A stretch of DNA of 32,000 bases from NCBI RefSeq assembly GCF_000973505.1, contig NZ_CP010048.1:300001-332000 (forward strand), in the 5' to 3' direction. Position 1 is the stretch's first letter. Each line of letters opens with the position of its first letter. Origin of the DNA: Candidatus Saccharimonadota bacterium (GTDB lineage: Bacteria > Pseudomonadota > Gammaproteobacteria > Enterobacterales > Enterobacteriaceae). This document shows, in pieces, positions 1-11,289 of the stretch. Made by a program: the position numbers and the translations under genes. The notes beneath the pieces are model-generated. The model had not been told where the DNA came from, made no database searches, and saw nothing but the letters and a program-made list of their open reading frames with translations.

Positions 1-1636
1 GAAAGCAATTCAGAAAGAATTGGGGGATATGGAGAATATACCTGATGAATATGATTCTTTAAAAAGAAAGATTGAAGATGCAAAAATGCCGAAAGATGTT
101 AAAGATAAAGTGGAATTAGAATTAAATAAATTGAAAATGATGTCTCCTATGTCTGCTGAAGCTACTGTTGTGCGAGGGTATATTGATTGGTTATTATCAG
201 TACCGTGGTATGCGCGTAGTAAAATGAAAAAAAATATATTTAAAGCACAAGTATCCTTAGATAAGGATCATTATGGTTTGGAACGAGTTAAGGATCGTAT
301 ATTAGAGTATTTAGCAGTGCAAAATCGAGTGAATAAAATGAAAGGACCTATTTTGTGTTTAGTAGGTCCTCCTGGAGTAGGAAAAACTTCTTTAGGACAA
401 TCTATAGCAAAAGCTACTGGTCGTAAATATGTGCGGATGGCATTAGGAGGAGTTCGTGATGAAGCGGAAATTCGGGGCCATCGCAGGACGTATATTGGAT
501 CTATGCCTGGTAAATTAATACAAAAAATGTCTAAAGTAGGAGTAAAGAATCCATTATTTCTTTTAGACGAAATAGATAAGATGTCTTTAGATATGCGAGG
601 TGATCCTGCTTCAGCATTATTAGAGGTTTTAGATCCAGAACAAAATTTTTCTTTTAATGATCATTATTTAGAGGTCGATTATGATTTGTCTGATGTTATG
701 TTTGTTGCGACTTCTAATTCAATGAATATACCACCACCGTTATTAGATCGTATGGAAGTAATTCGTATATCTGGTTATACAGAGGATGAAAAATTTAACA
801 TAGGGTGTAAACATTTATTACCAAAACAGTTAGAGCGAAATGCTTTAAAGCCAAGTGAATTGTTAATAGAGGATAGTGCTTTATTAGGTATAATTCGCCA
901 TTATACGCGTGAAGCTGGTGTTCGAAATTTAGAACGAGAAATTTCAAAATTGTGTAGAAAGGCTGTAAAAATGTTATTAATGGATAAAAATGTTAATTTA
1001 ATTACTATTAATGCAAATAATTTGAAAAATTTTCTAGGAGTGCAGCGTTATGATTGTGGTTATGCTGAAAAAGAAAATCGGATTGGACAAGTTACTGGAT
1101 TAGCATGGACGGAAGTAGGTGGTGATCTTTTAACAATTGAAACAGCTTGTATGCCTGGTAAGGGGAAATTAACTTATACTGGCTCTTTAGGTGAAGTAAT
1201 GCAAGAATCTATTCAAGCAGCGTTAACGGTTGTTCGTTCTCGAGCAAATAAATTAGGAATTCATTCCGATTTTTATGAGAAACGTGATATACATGTACAT
1301 GTACCTGAAGGTGCTACCCCTAAAGATGGGCCTAGTGCAGGTATTGCTATGTGTACTGCGTTGGTATCTTGTTTAACAGGTAATTTTGTAAAGTCTGATG
1401 TAGCGATGACAGGGGAAATTACTTTGCGAGGACAAATTTTACCTATAGGAGGTTTAAAGGAGAAATTGTTAGCAGCTCATCGAGGTGGTATTAAGGTAGT
1501 TGTAATTCCTTATGAAAATAAACGTGATTTAGAAGATGTTCCGGAGGTTGTTACTAATAATTTAAATATTTATCCTGTTAAACAAATTGATGAAGTTTTA
1601 GCGCTTGCTTTACAAGATGCTCCATTTAATACATGA
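1..1636 (+). CDS. lon: ATP-dependent protease Lon, 5'-truncated by the window edge
   Basis: The frame starting at base 2 is open from the first base ([12 protein letters not shown]...), so the gene begins upstream and the ORF-track TTG at 20 is internal. It carries Walker [10 protein letters not shown], Walker B LLDEIDK, the catalytic Ser in PKDGPSAG and the Lys in [10 protein letters not shown]. It is almost colinear with the C-terminal ~540 aa of E. coli Lon. Confidence 0.97.
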   Translation, partial: KAIQKELGDMENIPDEYDSLKRKIEDAKMPKDVKDKVELELNKLKMMSPMSAEATVVRGYIDWLLSVPWYARSKMKKNIFKAQVSLDKDHYGLERVKDRILEYLAVQNRVNKMKGPILCLVGPPGVGKTSLGQSIAKATGRKYVRMALGGVRDEAEIRGHRRTYIGSMPGKLIQKMSKVGVKNPLFLLDEIDKMSLDMRGDPASALLEVLDPEQNFSFNDHYLEVDYDLSDVMFVATSNSMNIPPPLLDRMEVIRISGYTEDEKFNIGCKHLLPKQLERNALKPSELLIEDSALLGIIRHYTREAGVRNLEREISKLCRKAVKMLLMDKNVNLITINANNLKNFLGVQRYDCGYAEKENRIGQVTGLAWTEVGGDLLTIETACMPGKGKLTYTGSLGEVMQESIQAALTVVRSRANKLGIHSDFYEKRDIHVHVPEGATPKDGPSAGIAMCTALVSCLTGNFVKSDVAMTGEITLRGQILPIGGLKEKLLAAHRGGIKVVVIPYENKRDLEDVPEVVTNNLNIYPVKQIDEVLALALQDAPFNT

Positions 1637-1758
1637 AGTGAATTTTATATATGAATATAGAATGTTTTAGAAAATAATATAGATAGTGTAATTATTAAGA
1701 AAATGTAACAAAATAATATCTTTTGATATGTTTTTGTTTATATGAATATTTTAAAATT

Positions 1759-1762
1759 GGAG
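1759..1762 (+). promoter_or_regulatory. Shine-Dalgarno site for hupB
   Basis: GGAG lies 5 nt upstream of ATG 1768. Confidence 0.55.
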
Positions 1763-1767
1763 ATGTA

Positions 1768-2040
1768 ATGAATAAATCACAATTAATCAATAAAATTTCT
1801 GTTGATTCTTGTATATCAAAAGTTGCAGCTAGTCGAGCTTTAAATGCTATGACTGCATCAGTTATAGAATCACTTAAAAATGGAGATCATGTATCTTTGA
1901 TCGGGTTTGGTACATTTATTGTAAGGATTCGAACTCCTCGTGTTGTAAAAAACCCTCAAACTGGTGAAAAAATTTTTGTTAAAGAAACTAAGATACCAGC
2001 TTTTCGTGCGGGTAGAAAATTAAAAAATGCTGTAAATTAA
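1768..2040 (+). CDS. hupB: DNA-binding protein HU, beta subunit
   Basis: The 90-aa product reads [11 protein letters not shown]...LIGFGTF...KNPQTGEKI...[15 protein letters not shown] and is colinear with E. coli HupB. I place the start at ATG 1768, which has an SD, instead of the ORF-track start at 1723 that adds 15 non-homologous codons. Confidence 0.93.
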   Translation: MNKSQLINKISVDSCISKVAASRALNAMTASVIESLKNGDHVSLIGFGTFIVRIRTPRVVKNPQTGEKIFVKETKIPAFRAGRKLKNAVN

Positions 2041-2074
2041 TAAGAGTGTGGACAAATTTTTAGTTTTAGTGATG

Positions 2075-2097
2075 CCACTACTCTGTGGTTTTAATTT
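2075..2097 (+). terminator. possible intrinsic terminator after hupB
   Basis: A CCAC(2075-2078)/GTGG(2085-2088) stem with a 6-nt loop is followed by TTTTAATTT. An alternative longer stem pairs AGAGTGTGG (2043-2051) with CCACTACTCT (2075-2084), with one bulge. This is the only G/C-containing hairpin in the hupB/pmbA convergent spacer. The stem is short. Confidence 0.3.
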
Positions 2098-2115
2098 ATT
2101 AATTTATGAAGTTGA

Positions 2116-3456
2116 TTATTTTCCTGCTATCATCATGGATGATATTAATATGGATCCACATTTTATGTTAGATCTAGTTTCTATATCGTTGCTTATAGAA
2201 ATTATATTTAGGAACATGTCTTTTAAATTTCCAGAAATTGTAATTTCATGTACGGGGTGTTTAATTTTTCCGTTTTGAACCCAAAAGCCGGTGGCGCCTC
2301 GGGAATAATCTCCGGTGATTATATTTATTCCTTGCCCCATTAAATCAGTAATAATTATTCCACGATCCATTTTTTTTATTAATTGTATTAAATTTATATT
2401 ATTGCAATTAACATACCAATTATAAATATTATTAGCATGACCTGTGCTATGTAATTTTAATTTTCTAGCGGAGTAACTATCTAATAGCCATGTGCATAGC
2501 ATTCCGTTTTTGATAATTGTTCGATCAGTAGTTTTGACGCCTTCATTGTCGAAAGGTGCTGAACCAATTTCTGCAGGTACATGAGGACGTTCTTTTATGC
2601 ATAACCAATTGGGAAATATTATTTTTCCTAAGTCATTTAATAAAAATGTTGATTTTTTATAAACATTTTTTCCATGAATAGCATGTATTAAATGATTAAA
2701 AAGACTGGCAGCTATTTCTGCAGAGAATAATATTGGTGATTCTATGGTAACTATTTTTTTTGGATTTAATTTTTTTAAAGTACGGCGAGCGCATCTTTCC
2801 CCTATTTTTTCAGATGAGCATAATTTTTTCATCGATCTGTTGGTTGTATAGTCATAATTTCTTTCCATAGTATCATTATTATTTTTGGCTATTACACCGC
2901 ATGAAAGTGAATATTGAGTGCTATGATAGCCTTGGAAAAAACCATGGGTATTAGCAAGTATTTTTGTAATTGTCAGGCTATTAAATATGGCTCCTTCGGT
3001 TTGTATAATTTGTTTGTCATATTTTAGGGCTATGTTTTCTGCGTGAGCAGTAAAATCGATGACATCTTTTATATTATATTCAAAAGGGTGAAATAAATCG
3101 AGATCCAAATTATGATAAGCTAATAATGATTTATTAGCTAAACCAGAACATGGGTCTGGTGAACTATAACGAGCGATATTTAGAGCTTTTGATATTATGT
3201 CTGGTATTTTTTTCTCATTAAAATCATTTGAAGTAACATGTCCTTTGTTTTGCTTAAGGTATAGGGTAACTGTGAGTATATTATCATTATGAAATTCTAT
3301 GTTTTCAAGATTACCATAACGTGTGCTGATATTAATTCCTGTGGTTCGTATGATCGATATTTGAGCTTCAGCAGGAGATGATATTGAATTTAATGTTTTA
3401 TATGCTATGTTTTTGAGGTAATCATATTTTTCGATTGCGTCATTGATAATAATCAT
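2116..3456 (-). CDS. pmbA: metalloprotease PmbA (TldE), partner of TldD
   Basis: Motifs TTGINISTRYG, ARYSSPDPC, GDYSRGATGFWVQNGKI, ITISGNLKDM and DIETRSNIKCGS are colinear with E. coli PmbA (~450 aa). I chose ATG 3456 (MIIINDAIEK) to match the homologue length. The frame stays open to ATG 3558 and TTG 3564, so the start is uncertain by up to 36 codons. Confidence 0.9.
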   Translation of the reverse strand: MIIINDAIEKYDYLKNIAYKTLNSISSPAEAQISIIRTTGINISTRYGNLENIEFHNDNILTVTLYLKQNKGHVTSNDFNEKKIPDIISKALNIARYSSPDPCSGLANKSLLAYHNLDLDLFHPFEYNIKDVIDFTAHAENIALKYDKQIIQTEGAIFNSLTITKILANTHGFFQGYHSTQYSLSCGVIAKNNNDTMERNYDYTTNRSMKKLCSSEKIGERCARRTLKKLNPKKIVTIESPILFSAEIAASLFNHLIHAIHGKNVYKKSTFLLNDLGKIIFPNWLCIKERPHVPAEIGSAPFDNEGVKTTDRTIIKNGMLCTWLLDSYSARKLKLHSTGHANNIYNWYVNCNNINLIQLIKKMDRGIIITDLMGQGINIITGDYSRGATGFWVQNGKIKHPVHEITISGNLKDMFLNIISISNDIETRSNIKCGSILISSMMIAGK

Positions 3457-3618
3457 GGTCTTTTTAAGTTTAATTAGAAAATTATGTTGGAAAGTTTTTA
3501 TATTTTTAAAAAGTTTTAAATATTTTGGTATTGATTTGGTATATAAAAATTTTTTCATTATCAAAATTGAAAGAGATATTATTATATAATGAATTGAAAA
3601 TTTATAAGTGTGTATTTT

Positions 3619-5103
3619 TTATGCGGTACCTCCAATAGTTATTTGATTAATTTTAATTGTTGGTTGTCCTACACCTACTGGTAGGCTTTGTCCATTTTTC
3701 ATGCATGTTCCAATTCCTGTGTCTAATTTCAGATTGTTGGCAACCATAGAAATTTGGTTCATTACTTCTATACCTGAACCAATCAAGGTTACTCCTTTTA
3801 CTGGTTTCGTTATGTATCCTTTTTCTATTAAAAAGGCTTCAGAGGTAGAAAATACAAATTTTCCTGATGTAATATCTACTTGTCCTCCAGAGAAATTTGA
3901 TGCATAAATTCCGTAATTTACACTGCTAATAATCTCTTCTTCAGTAGATTCTCCTGCTAACATATATGTATTAGTCATTCGTGGCATAGGTAAATTTGAA
4001 TATGATTCTCTTCGTCCATTTCCAGTGGGTGCCATGTTCATTAGTTTAGCATTTAATTTATCTTGCATGTATTTTTTTAAAATACCCTTTTCAATCAATA
4101 TATTGAATTGGCCAGGAGTACCTTCATCATCGATGTTTAATGATCCTCGTGCATTTTTCACTGTTCCATCATCCACGACAGTACATAATTCAGACGCTAC
4201 TTGTTTACCTATATTTTTAGTAAATGCAGATGTGCAATATCGGTTAAAATCTCCTTCTAATCCGTGTCCAACTGCTTCATGTAACAATATTCCAGCCCAA
4301 CCGCATTTTAATACAACAGGCATACTTCCAGCTGGTGCTTCTATTGCCGATATATTGTTTATAGCCATTTTTACTGCTTCTTGTATCCAATTAATAAGAA
4401 TTGTTTCTCCTGTATGCGAAGGATTTAAGAAAAATTCATATCCATGTCGCCCTCCCCCACCACTTCTTCCTTGTTCTCGTTTCCCATTATGTGATATTTG
4501 GACGTTAATAGATAATTGTACTAATGGACGTATATCTGAAGATAATGTACCATCTGTTGCCATGATAAGTATTTCTTCATAAGTACCAGATAAAACAGCA
4601 ATAATTTCTTCGATACGTGTATCGATTTTACGCGCAAGTTTATTAATTTGCATTAATAGTTCAATTTTTTGTTGTTCTGAGAAGCTGGTCAATGGGTTTT
4701 GGTTTGAATATGTAGAAACATGTTGAATAACATTTTTTTTAATGTTAGCAATTTTATTGTTATTAACATAATAAATTATGTTGTTTTCGTTTTGATCATT
4801 TATTAGGATATTACGCGCTGTTTTAATGCTTTGTATTAATGAATCAATATTTAATTGATTAGTGTAAGAAAATCCAGTTTTTTCCCCTTTAATAATTCGT
4901 ATTCCTACCCCATTATCTATACTATATCTTCCAGTTTTTATAATTCCATTTTCCAATACCCATGTTTCATGATAATTAGATTGGAAGTAAAAATCAGCAT
5001 AATCTGTATTTTTTGTGTGGATTGTATCTAAAAGGTTTAATACGTCATTTGTTTGCAAGTTATTTTCAGAAAGTATGTTATCAATAACATTATTGGAATT
5101 CAT
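3619..5103 (-). CDS. tldD: metalloprotease TldD
   Basis: It carries the [12 protein letters not shown] zinc motif plus [42 protein letters not shown] and [12 protein letters not shown] 5103 ([11 protein letters not shown]) aligns residue-for-residue with the E. coli N-terminus. The ORF-track GTG at 5115 is 4 codons longer. Confidence 0.95.
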   Translation of the reverse strand: MNSNNVIDNILSENNLQTNDVLNLLDTIHTKNTDYADFYFQSNYHETWVLENGIIKTGRYSIDNGVGIRIIKGEKTGFSYTNQLNIDSLIQSIKTARNILINDQNENNIIYYVNNNKIANIKKNVIQHVSTYSNQNPLTSFSEQQKIELLMQINKLARKIDTRIEEIIAVLSGTYEEILIMATDGTLSSDIRPLVQLSINVQISHNGKREQGRSGGGGRHGYEFFLNPSHTGETILINWIQEAVKMAINNISAIEAPAGSMPVVLKCGWAGILLHEAVGHGLEGDFNRYCTSAFTKNIGKQVASELCTVVDDGTVKNARGSLNIDDEGTPGQFNILIEKGILKKYMQDKLNAKLMNMAPTGNGRRESYSNLPMPRMTNTYMLAGESTEEEIISSVNYGIYASNFSGGQVDITSGKFVFSTSEAFLIEKGYITKPVKGVTLIGSGIEVMNQISMVANNLKLDTGIGTCMKNGQSLPVGVGQPTIKINQITIGGTA

Positions 5104-5391
5104 GTTTGTTCTCACATAAGTATTTAAGTATTAAATATTGATAGTATAAGTTAATAAATTTATATTTTTTGTAAAATCAATAATGTTATATATAGTATAT
5201 ATAATTATATTGTTTAAAATTTAATTTTTTATTTTTTAGATTATTGATATTTATAACATATAATATGCGGATTTTTTTTCACAATTAATGTATTTTAAAA
5301 TATAGTAGTGTTACTTATTATTTGTGACAATAATACATTCCATACTAGAAATTATATTGTAATATTTAATATGTTTTTTAAATAATTAAAA

Positions 5392-5892
5392 TTATTTTTT
5401 GATTTTATTATAAGTATGTTTTGTTTTCATGATAAAAAATATTCCAATCCATATAATGCCATCAACAATGTTAACCAAAAATATTTCTGGATTGAATTTT
5501 ATTTTATTGATTAATAACATATTTGCCAGATATGGAATTACATTCATGTTAAAAGAAATTAGCATTATAGTCAAGCATTGTTTCCATAATGGCATATTTT
5601 TAAATAGTGAAAATTGAGTAATTAACAAATAGGTACTAATACTCATGCTGATAGCATGTATACCAAGAATTGGTCCTAAAAATATGTCTGTAATTAATCC
5701 AATTATAAATCCAGTACCTATATTAACGTGGTTAGGTGATTTTGTTATCCAATAAATTAATAACAAACTTAACCATGATGGTTTTGGTAAGTTAAGTGAT
5801 TCTAATGGACATGGAATGATTTGTAATATTGTTGCAATGATAAATGATTTCCATATTGTAGAAGTTTTGTTATATCGTCGATATAAATGCAT
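5392..5892 (-). CDS. mreD: rod shape-determining protein MreD
   Basis: This is a 166-aa polytopic membrane protein. WLSLLLIYWI...VNIGTGFIIGLITD...LWKQ matches the E. coli MreD pattern, and it sits downstream of mreC. Confidence 0.85.
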   Translation of the reverse strand: MHLYRRYNKTSTIWKSFIIATILQIIPCPLESLNLPKPSWLSLLLIYWITKSPNHVNIGTGFIIGLITDIFLGPILGIHAISMSISTYLLITQFSLFKNMPLWKQCLTIMLISFNMNVIPYLANMLLINKIKFNPEIFLVNIVDGIIWIGIFFIMKTKHTYNKIKK

Positions 5893-6044
5893 TATTTTTA
5901 TTTTACTGACAATATTGTAATAGAAATAGTTTTTATTATTTTTTAAGGTGATTAATTCAGTATTTTTTTATAATATTCTTTATTTTGAATGTGTGATAAT
6001 AAAATTGCGCATATCTTTTTAAATATAAAAATTTATGTAATTTT

Positions 6045-6932
6045 TTATTTATTAATAAATATTTTATGAGTCTTATTTAGTGGTACATTCGATTTAGTGC
6101 TATCTGTGATATTCCAACAAAGTAATAATAAGTAAGACAAATTATCTAGTTGTACAATTGGATATGCTTGTGCAACAGTATATCCAGTTTTTTTATCCAC
6201 AACTATTGAAGAAACTGTTGCTACAGGATAGCCTGCTGGAAATCGTCCACCTATACCAGAAGTTATTAATATATCTCCAATTTGAATATCGCTATTATTT
6301 GGAAAGTGTTTTATATCCATTGTTTTTTTATATCCATTACCATTTAATATCATTCGAGTATTGTTTCGTAATATTTGTACTGGTACTGCATGTGAAGTAT
6401 CGCAAATCAGTAATACTCGGCTAGTAATATCATTTGTTGCAATAACTTGCCCAATTATACCTTTGTGATTGATAACTGGTTGTCCAACATATACGCCATG
6501 TCTTATTCCTTTGTCGATGATTATTTGTGAGGTGTATTGATTAATTTTTGTAGAAATGACTTGAGTTAGTATTTTCTTTTCATTATATAATAGCGGAGAA
6601 GATAATAATTCTCTTAGTTTAATGTTTTCTTGTTTGTAATGTTCCATTAATAATAGTTCGCTATTTTTATATGATAATTCTTGTTGTAATATATTGTTTT
6701 TCGATAATAGTTCTTGGTTGTTTTTTAAAGATTGTGAAATGGTTTGTAACCATTGATTGGGTATATTACTTAAGAAATGTAAAAAAAATGATGGATAATC
6801 TATATAATTTTGTATTTTAACAAGAATGTTATATCGAATATCAGAAATAATTATCATTAGTGAGATTGTTATGTAAAAAAACAACCGAAAACGTAAGAAA
6901 GTATGTTTTTTTTTGTTGAAGATACTGTGCAT
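6045..6932 (-). CDS. mreC: rod shape-determining protein MreC (short form lacking the Pro/Ala-rich tail)
   Basis: Motifs KQENIKLRELL, VIDKGIRHGVYVGQPV, GIIGQV, TSRVLLICD, ITSGIGGRFPAGYPVA and YLLLL are present. The product is 295 aa versus about 367 in E. coli. Confidence 0.92.
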   Translation of the reverse strand: MHSIFNKKKHTFLRFRLFFYITISLMIIISDIRYNILVKIQNYIDYPSFFLHFLSNIPNQWLQTISQSLKNNQELLSKNNILQQELSYKNSELLLMEHYKQENIKLRELLSSPLLYNEKKILTQVISTKINQYTSQIIIDKGIRHGVYVGQPVINHKGIIGQVIATNDITSRVLLICDTSHAVPVQILRNNTRMILNGNGYKKTMDIKHFPNNSDIQIGDILITSGIGGRFPAGYPVATVSSIVVDKKTGYTVAQAYPIVQLDNLSYLLLLCWNITDSTKSNVPLNKTHKIFINK

Positions 6933-7065
6933 ATTAAAATAATGTTTTTAATGCTAGAAAAAATATTATAAATCAATAATTTTGAAATATAATTTTAAAT
7001 TAATTTATGGATAATGATTTTTTGTGTGTAGCGATTATTGTGTTAGGAATCATTATTAATTATTA

Positions 7066-8118
<1,053 letters not shown>

Positions 8119-8789
8119 TTAATTTTAGATTGTATATTATAAAATATATCATATTCGTTCACATCTTTAAACAAATTGTATGATAAATTCATAATTTGAG
8201 CTTTTGATAATATAAATGTTTAACATGTTTAGCTAAAAGATAAATATTGTAATTAAATAGTTTGATAGTTAATTGATTGCTTGTTTTCCTAATTAATTAC
8301 ACATTTTCTTTTATTGGCATCTACAAACAATATTAATATATTAAATAGTTGTTTATATTGTTTGTTATTTAATGCAAATATCGTGAATATTTGGATTATA
8401 TTTTTTAAATTTAATAGACAATTTTGTTATAGGAATATAATGGAATAGATCATAATTCTATGATAAATTACTAGAATAATGTGCATTGAGTGTTTTTTAT
8501 TTACTCATTACATAATAAATGTTGTGTCAAGAATTTATGTATTTTGTTAATATTGTTATATAAAATTTTGAATATTGAGAAAATATTGTACGAAATTAAT
8601 ATTTTTTAATCTGTTTTAAATATTTTGTAGAATAGTTGTATTATATTAATGTTTTATAATGTAATTTCGTAATTAATTATGATGGTTATATATCATGTAT
8701 AATTTAAAATATCTTAACAAAGGTATTATTTTTAATAACAATGATTTTTTAAAGATAAGATTAAATTAATTTAAGGAAAGTGTATTGTT

Positions 8790-9242
8790 ATGAATGATAA
8801 ATTTCATATTCTGTTTCTTAATGGTCCGAATTTAAATTTATTAAGTATCAGAGAACCGAAAATATATGGATATAAAAATTTATCTGAGGTTGTACAAGAT
8901 TTATTTAAATTAGGAAATGATTTAGGTGTTTTTGTTGATCATTTTCAGTCTAACGCTGAATATGAATTAATTAGTCGTTTACATAGTGTTTATAATATTG
9001 TAGATTTTGTTGTGATTAATCCTGGTGGTTTAACTCATACAAGCATTATTTTACGTGATGCGTTTTTATCGGTGAATATTCCATTTATTGAAGTACATTT
9101 ATCTAATATATATGCGCGAGAATCTTATCGTCATCATTCATATTTATCTGATATTGCTCTTGGTGTAATTTGTGGTTTTGGGATTCATGGTTATTATTGT
9201 GCTTTACATATGGCTATAAAACATCTATCACAGTCTAACTGA
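8790..9242 (+). CDS. aroQ: 3-dehydroquinate dehydratase, type II
   Basis: The 150-aa product has the type II DHQase signatures [18 protein letters not shown] and [20 protein letters not shown] lies 12 nt upstream of the ATG. Confidence 0.92.
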   Translation: MNDKFHILFLNGPNLNLLSIREPKIYGYKNLSEVVQDLFKLGNDLGVFVDHFQSNAEYELISRLHSVYNIVDFVVINPGGLTHTSIILRDAFLSVNIPFIEVHLSNIYARESYRHHSYLSDIALGVICGFGIHGYYCALHMAIKHLSQSN

Positions 9243-9268
9243 ATTATTAATGAGATCGGATATTAATT

Positions 9269-9742
9269 ATGGACATTCACAAAATTAAAAAATTAATTCA
9301 AATCATAGAAGCTTCTAGTATTTCTGAAATAGAAATTTCTGAAGGTAACGAAATATTACGAATGAAACGTTTTATATCCAAAGTATCTAATTCACCATCT
9401 GATGCATTAACAAAAAAAGTGGATGATATTGTTCTATCTCAAGAGACAATGTTAATGAATGAGAATTTAGATATAAAAAATACTCAAGATGCAATAATAT
9501 TAAATGATAAATATGTGGTCCGTTCTCCTATGGTTGGTGTGTTTTATTCCACTTCTTCTCCTGGGTTACAGCCTTTTGTATCTATTGGTCAAAAAGTAAA
9601 TATTGGTGATGTTTTGTGCATTATTGAAGCTATGAAAATCATGAATCATATTGAATCTGATAAAAATGGTATAGTAAAGTCCATTTTAATTAAAAATGGA
9701 CAACCAGTAGAGTTTAATGAACCACTTTTTATTATTGAATAA
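9269..9742 (+). CDS. accB: biotin carboxyl carrier protein of acetyl-CoA carboxylase
   Basis: The N-terminus [26 protein letters not shown], the biotinylation motif [13 protein letters not shown] and the C-terminus [14 protein letters not shown] are colinear with E. coli AccB. Confidence 0.95.
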   Translation: MDIHKIKKLIQIIEASSISEIEISEGNEILRMKRFISKVSNSPSDALTKKVDDIVLSQETMLMNENLDIKNTQDAIILNDKYVVRSPMVGVFYSTSSPGLQPFVSIGQKVNIGDVLCIIEAMKIMNHIESDKNGIVKSILIKNGQPVEFNEPLFIIE

Positions 9743-9748
9743 ATAGTT

Positions 9749-9753
9749 AGGAG
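9749..9753 (+). promoter_or_regulatory. Shine-Dalgarno site for accC
   Basis: AGGAG lies 4 nt upstream of ATG 9758, within the 15-nt accB-accC spacer. Confidence 0.6.
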
Positions 9754-9757
9754 ACAT

Positions 9758-11131
9758 ATGTTAGATAAAATTGTTATTGCAAATCGTGGAGAAATTGCAT
9801 TACGAATTTTACGTGCTTGTAAAGAATTAGGTATTAAGACAGTTGCTGTTCATTCTACGATTGATCATGATTTGCAACATGTCTTATTAGCTGATGAAAG
9901 TATATGTATTGGACCTCCCCATTCTTCAAAAAGTTATCTTAATATTCCAGCAATTATTGCAGCTGCAGAAATTACTGGAGCTTCTGGTATTCATCCTGGT
10001 TATGGATTTTTATCTGAAAATCCTGATTTTGCAGAACAAGTAGAACAATCTGGATTTGTGTTTATAGGACCTCGGTCAGATACCATTCGTTTAATGGGGA
10101 ATAAAATTTCTGCTATTCTAGCTATGAAAAAATTAGGGATGCCATGTATTCCTGGCATTTATGAAAATATCGATCATACTCTTACAGAAAAAGAATTAAA
10201 AAAAATTATAGATGATGAAAAAATTAGTTACCCACTAGTTATTAAGGCTTCTCATGGAGGAGGTGGGCTTGGTATGCGTGTTATTTATGACAAAAATGAA
10301 AGTTTAGAAAAAGCTATTTATATGACACAATTAGAAGCCGAGGTTTCATTCAATAACAATCAGATTTATCTTGAACAATATTTAAACAATCCAAGACATA
10401 TAGAAATTCAGATATTATCCGATGGGAAAGGTAATGTGATTTATTTACCAGAAAGAGATTGTTCGATTCAAAATCGATATCGTAAAGTAATAGAAGAATC
10501 ACCTGCGTACGGTATTTCGGATGTAATTCGCGATGATATTGGTAAGTACTGTATTAATGCTTGTGTTGGTATTGATTACGTTGGGGTGGGGACGTTTGAA
10601 TTTTTATGTATAAATAATAGATTTTTTTTTATTGAAATGAATACCCGTATTCAAGTAGAACATCCAATAACTGAAATGGTTACAGGTATAGACATCATTA
10701 AAGAACAGTTAAATATTGCATCTGGGAATTTGTTAAATATTAAACAGGATGAAATTAAAGTTTTAGGTCATGCTATTGAATGTCGTATTAATGCTGAAGA
10801 TCCTATTAATAATTTTTTACCTAGCTCTGGTCGAATTACAAGATTTCATCCCCCTGGTGGGTTTGGTGTTCGTTGGGAATCACATATTTATTCTGGATAT
10901 TTTGTGTCTTCTTATTATGATAGAATGGTGGGTAAATTAATATGTTTTGGTGAAACAAGAGAAATTGCGATTTCTCGTATGAGAAATGCATTGTCTGAAT
11001 TAATTATTGATGGGATAAAAACAAATATTGATTTTCAATTGAAAATTATAGAAGACTCAAAATTTGTAGAATATGATCAAGTTCATGTTAGTTATTTGGA
11101 AAATATACTACAAGTTGATAAATTTTCTTAA
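9758..11131 (+). CDS. accC: biotin carboxylase subunit of acetyl-CoA carboxylase
   Basis: [58 protein letters not shown] and GVRWESHIY are present. The product is 457 aa and colinear with E. coli AccC. Confidence 0.97.
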   Translation: MLDKIVIANRGEIALRILRACKELGIKTVAVHSTIDHDLQHVLLADESICIGPPHSSKSYLNIPAIIAAAEITGASGIHPGYGFLSENPDFAEQVEQSGFVFIGPRSDTIRLMGNKISAILAMKKLGMPCIPGIYENIDHTLTEKELKKIIDDEKISYPLVIKASHGGGGLGMRVIYDKNESLEKAIYMTQLEAEVSFNNNQIYLEQYLNNPRHIEIQILSDGKGNVIYLPERDCSIQNRYRKVIEESPAYGISDVIRDDIGKYCINACVGIDYVGVGTFEFLCINNRFFFIEMNTRIQVEHPITEMVTGIDIIKEQLNIASGNLLNIKQDEIKVLGHAIECRINAEDPINNFLPSSGRITRFHPPGGFGVRWESHIYSGYFVSSYYDRMVGKLICFGETREIAISRMRNALSELIIDGIKTNIDFQLKIIEDSKFVEYDQVHVSYLENILQVDKFS

Positions 11132-11289
11132 TTATTAACAATTAAGAATTATCGATGGTTTGTATTGTACTATTATAAAATATTATAATTCGTGTATTCT
11201 TGTTAAGTTATGAGTTTGATTTATAGATTTAAATGGTTATGAATTTATTTATTTAGAAAGTAATGGTGGTATATAATAACAGACAGGTA

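Noticed and set aside
1723-1767. ORF-track N-terminal extensions: hupB from 1723, proS from 12148, bamA from 27233 (TTG), tldD from 5115 (GTG) and pmbA from 3564 (TTG).
   Set aside because: The extensions have no counterpart in the E. coli proteins. Internal ATGs at 1768, 12217, 27194, 5103 and 3456 align with the homologue N-termini, and hupB also has a GGAG. Only the pmbA start remains genuinely ambiguous.
4025-4582. A 185-codon plus-strand ORF inside tldD. Similar antisense ORFs occur inside pmbA (2048-2278), tldD (3701-3907), mreB (7514-8038), accA (15840-16343), lpxB (21411-21710), lpxD (23143-23421, 23917-24138), bamA (24934-25122), rseP (27587-28054) and cdsA (28855-29049).
   Set aside because: These are shadow ORFs. 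Each lies wholly within a strongly conserved gene on the other strand. In that antisense phase, stops arise only opposite Tyr, His or Gln codons preceded by NNY, so long open runs are expected. The products are low-complexity, Cys/Pro/Ser-rich sequence with no recognisable motifs.
6193-6201. A perfect DnaA-box consensus TTATCCACA, considered as a possible origin or regulatory site.
   Set aside because: It is a single copy buried inside the mreC coding sequence, with no cluster of boxes and no adjacent AT-rich 13-mers or GATC array. About 0.3-0.4 such hits are expected by chance in 32 kb on both strands.
7011-7056. A/T-rich inverted repeats considered as terminators or attenuators. These are ATAATGATT/AATCATTAT between mreB and mreC (28-nt loop), TTCTTAATT/AATTAAGAA over the accC stop (11125-11148), TATAGAAAA/TTTTCTATA at 30545-30565, and CTTGT/ACAAG at 31497-31512 downstream of frr.
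   Set aside because: The stems are almost entirely A-T, with oversized or tiny loops and no proper downstream U-tract on the relevant strand. Palindromes of this kind are expected by chance in such AT-rich spacers, so I did not annotate them.
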